From the NCBI GenBank assembly GCA_964057225.1, contig OZ059895.1, forward strand, positions 13,454,001 to 13,518,000: DNA of 64,000 bases. Reading direction: 5' to 3'. Both the position numbers and the translations under genes were made by a program. Origin of the DNA: Auanema rhodensis (taxonomy: Eukaryota > Animalia > Nematoda). This document shows, in pieces, positions 62,565-64,000 of the stretch. The notes below the pieces were generated by a model that was given only the letters and a program-made list of their open reading frames with translations, was not told the DNA's origin and made no database searches. The stretch's first letter is position 1. Each line of letters opens with the position of its first letter.

Positions 62565-64000
62565 CGTTCCATTCGGAGACTCTATATATGTAACTGCAGG
62601 GTTAGAGCCAGACGGACTAGAGGAATGTGGAATGGCACCGCCTTCCCTCATGCCCCTATTCGGGAGTTCACCCCTTTGCAAGCCCATGGACGGTTTGTAT
62701 CTAACTTAGTTAATCTTATATATTAGCCTTTGTATTGTAAATGTAGTTTACTTTATCCTTGTGTTATTGTATTGTAATGATATTGTATTGTGTATAATAA
62801 ACCTATATATTTCCTTATCTTATGTAATCCTTATGCTCTGTTTCCATACCGCTACACTTATGGAATACTATACGCGTAGTTGAGCAGACTACAATGGTCT
62901 GTTCAATATACGTAGGAGCATAATGGAACGTGGAGGTTTCACCTCGAACTCATTTTTGTCGCAAAAACTCGCATAAAAAGTCCATATTTTGATATCTAAA
63001 TTAAAACTTCCTTCACGGTTAGCAACATAATGAGGGCGCCAACTTGTATAAGGTGCAGGTACAAGGGATCTCTCTTTTAGAGAGCTAGGACTATATAATT
63101 TTGAAAATTTACCCGCTGTCCCCACTCATAAAACCGTCTGAGTGTCCACCCTTATAATACCGTATCCTGCACCGCTTCTCTTGCATTTTTTTGAGGACGT
63201 TTGGATCGAAATAGGGGACAATTTCACCAAACGGAATTTTGATTTCATTATTATTTGGCAACAAGGAGTTAGAAGGAAATTTTGAAAGCGCACAAAGTTT
63301 AATATTTTATTGTGGTCAGGACTAGAGATTTGAAAGTTAAATTCAGGCGTAAAAGAGCATGCTAATTAAATATTTTTGCGGGAGCCGTTATTCGGTTTTT
63401 ATATTTTTTTTTTGATTGTGAGAATAGACCACACTAGTCCGAAAAATCCTGGCACAAATTTTATTGCCTGTCAGGTCATTTTGGCGAAAGCACATGGGCT
63501 ACGGATGTTTTCTTCTCCGTAGAATGTGTCACCTTCCTCAGCTCATTTTTGTTGCTAACATCATAAGATATTCCCACACACCTACCGTAGTATTCATATT
63601 GTAATATTCTATAAATTAGTAGAATGGTTTAAAGAAAAAATTGCGTTTTATAAACGAGCTTTGGTCTCAGTCCATTAGTAAAATGAGCAATCTTTTTAAA
63701 TATTCTCGGAATCTCATTAGCATGCCAAAATCATTCCGAAAAAGAATCGCCCACGGCTTTTAATAATCAACGTGCACATGAGCCATTTTCCCAAGGCGCA
63801 CGCACTCCTTCTTTATTAATAAGCTCGACCAAAGTTTGTGTTATGAAAAAAAAAAGAGAGAGAGAACAAATGAGTGAAATTAAGTATTTATTATATATAA
63901 AACAATTGTTAAAAGCCCCATTTAAAATGCAACTGTCTCACAAATTCTATAGGCTGTGAGATGGGCTCATCGCTAGGCTCTAAATACTGCAAATACACTG
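62565..64000 (+). mobile_element. Second copy of the 16334 LTR element (5' LTR 62565-62930, PBS 62931-62943, leader); runs off the window
   Basis: Near-identical to 16334-17773 with scattered substitutions. Confidence 0.95.

Overview
Eukaryotic, almost certainly nematode, repeat-rich DNA; I found no ordinary host gene. (1) 1-1288: 3' end of an LTR retrotransposon (orphan 211-aa ORF, 339-bp 3' LTR). (2) 1289-47620: tandem 5S rDNA array of about 83 units by hand count. About 49 are 529-bp units with a full 119-nt 5S gene and about 34 are 399-bp units with only a 33-nt 5S stub; there is no SL1 gene in the spacer. (3) 16334-23319: a young Ty3/Gypsy element inserted in the array, with 366-bp CG...CG LTRs, an ATGT target-site duplication (TSD) and a tRNA-Gln primer-binding site (PBS). 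Its single ORF reads Gag, signal peptide plus the start of a viral glycoprotein, then integrase, with no protease/RT/RNase H. It also carries a spliced antisense gene. (4) 47621-59178: two nested Maverick/Polinton pieces (major capsid, intron-rich pPolB, chromodomain integrase, a D-box/Cys-rich orphan gene, two same-orientation termini). (5) 59179-64000: a nest made of a decayed sister gag-env element interrupted by a Tc1/mariner MITE, two more Maverick termini, and an LTR inserted within an LTR. Best candidate for a new system: a nematode Gypsy clade with an envelope-like gene fused between gag and pol, non-canonical CG termini, and two insertions 70 and 92 bp upstream of 5S genes.
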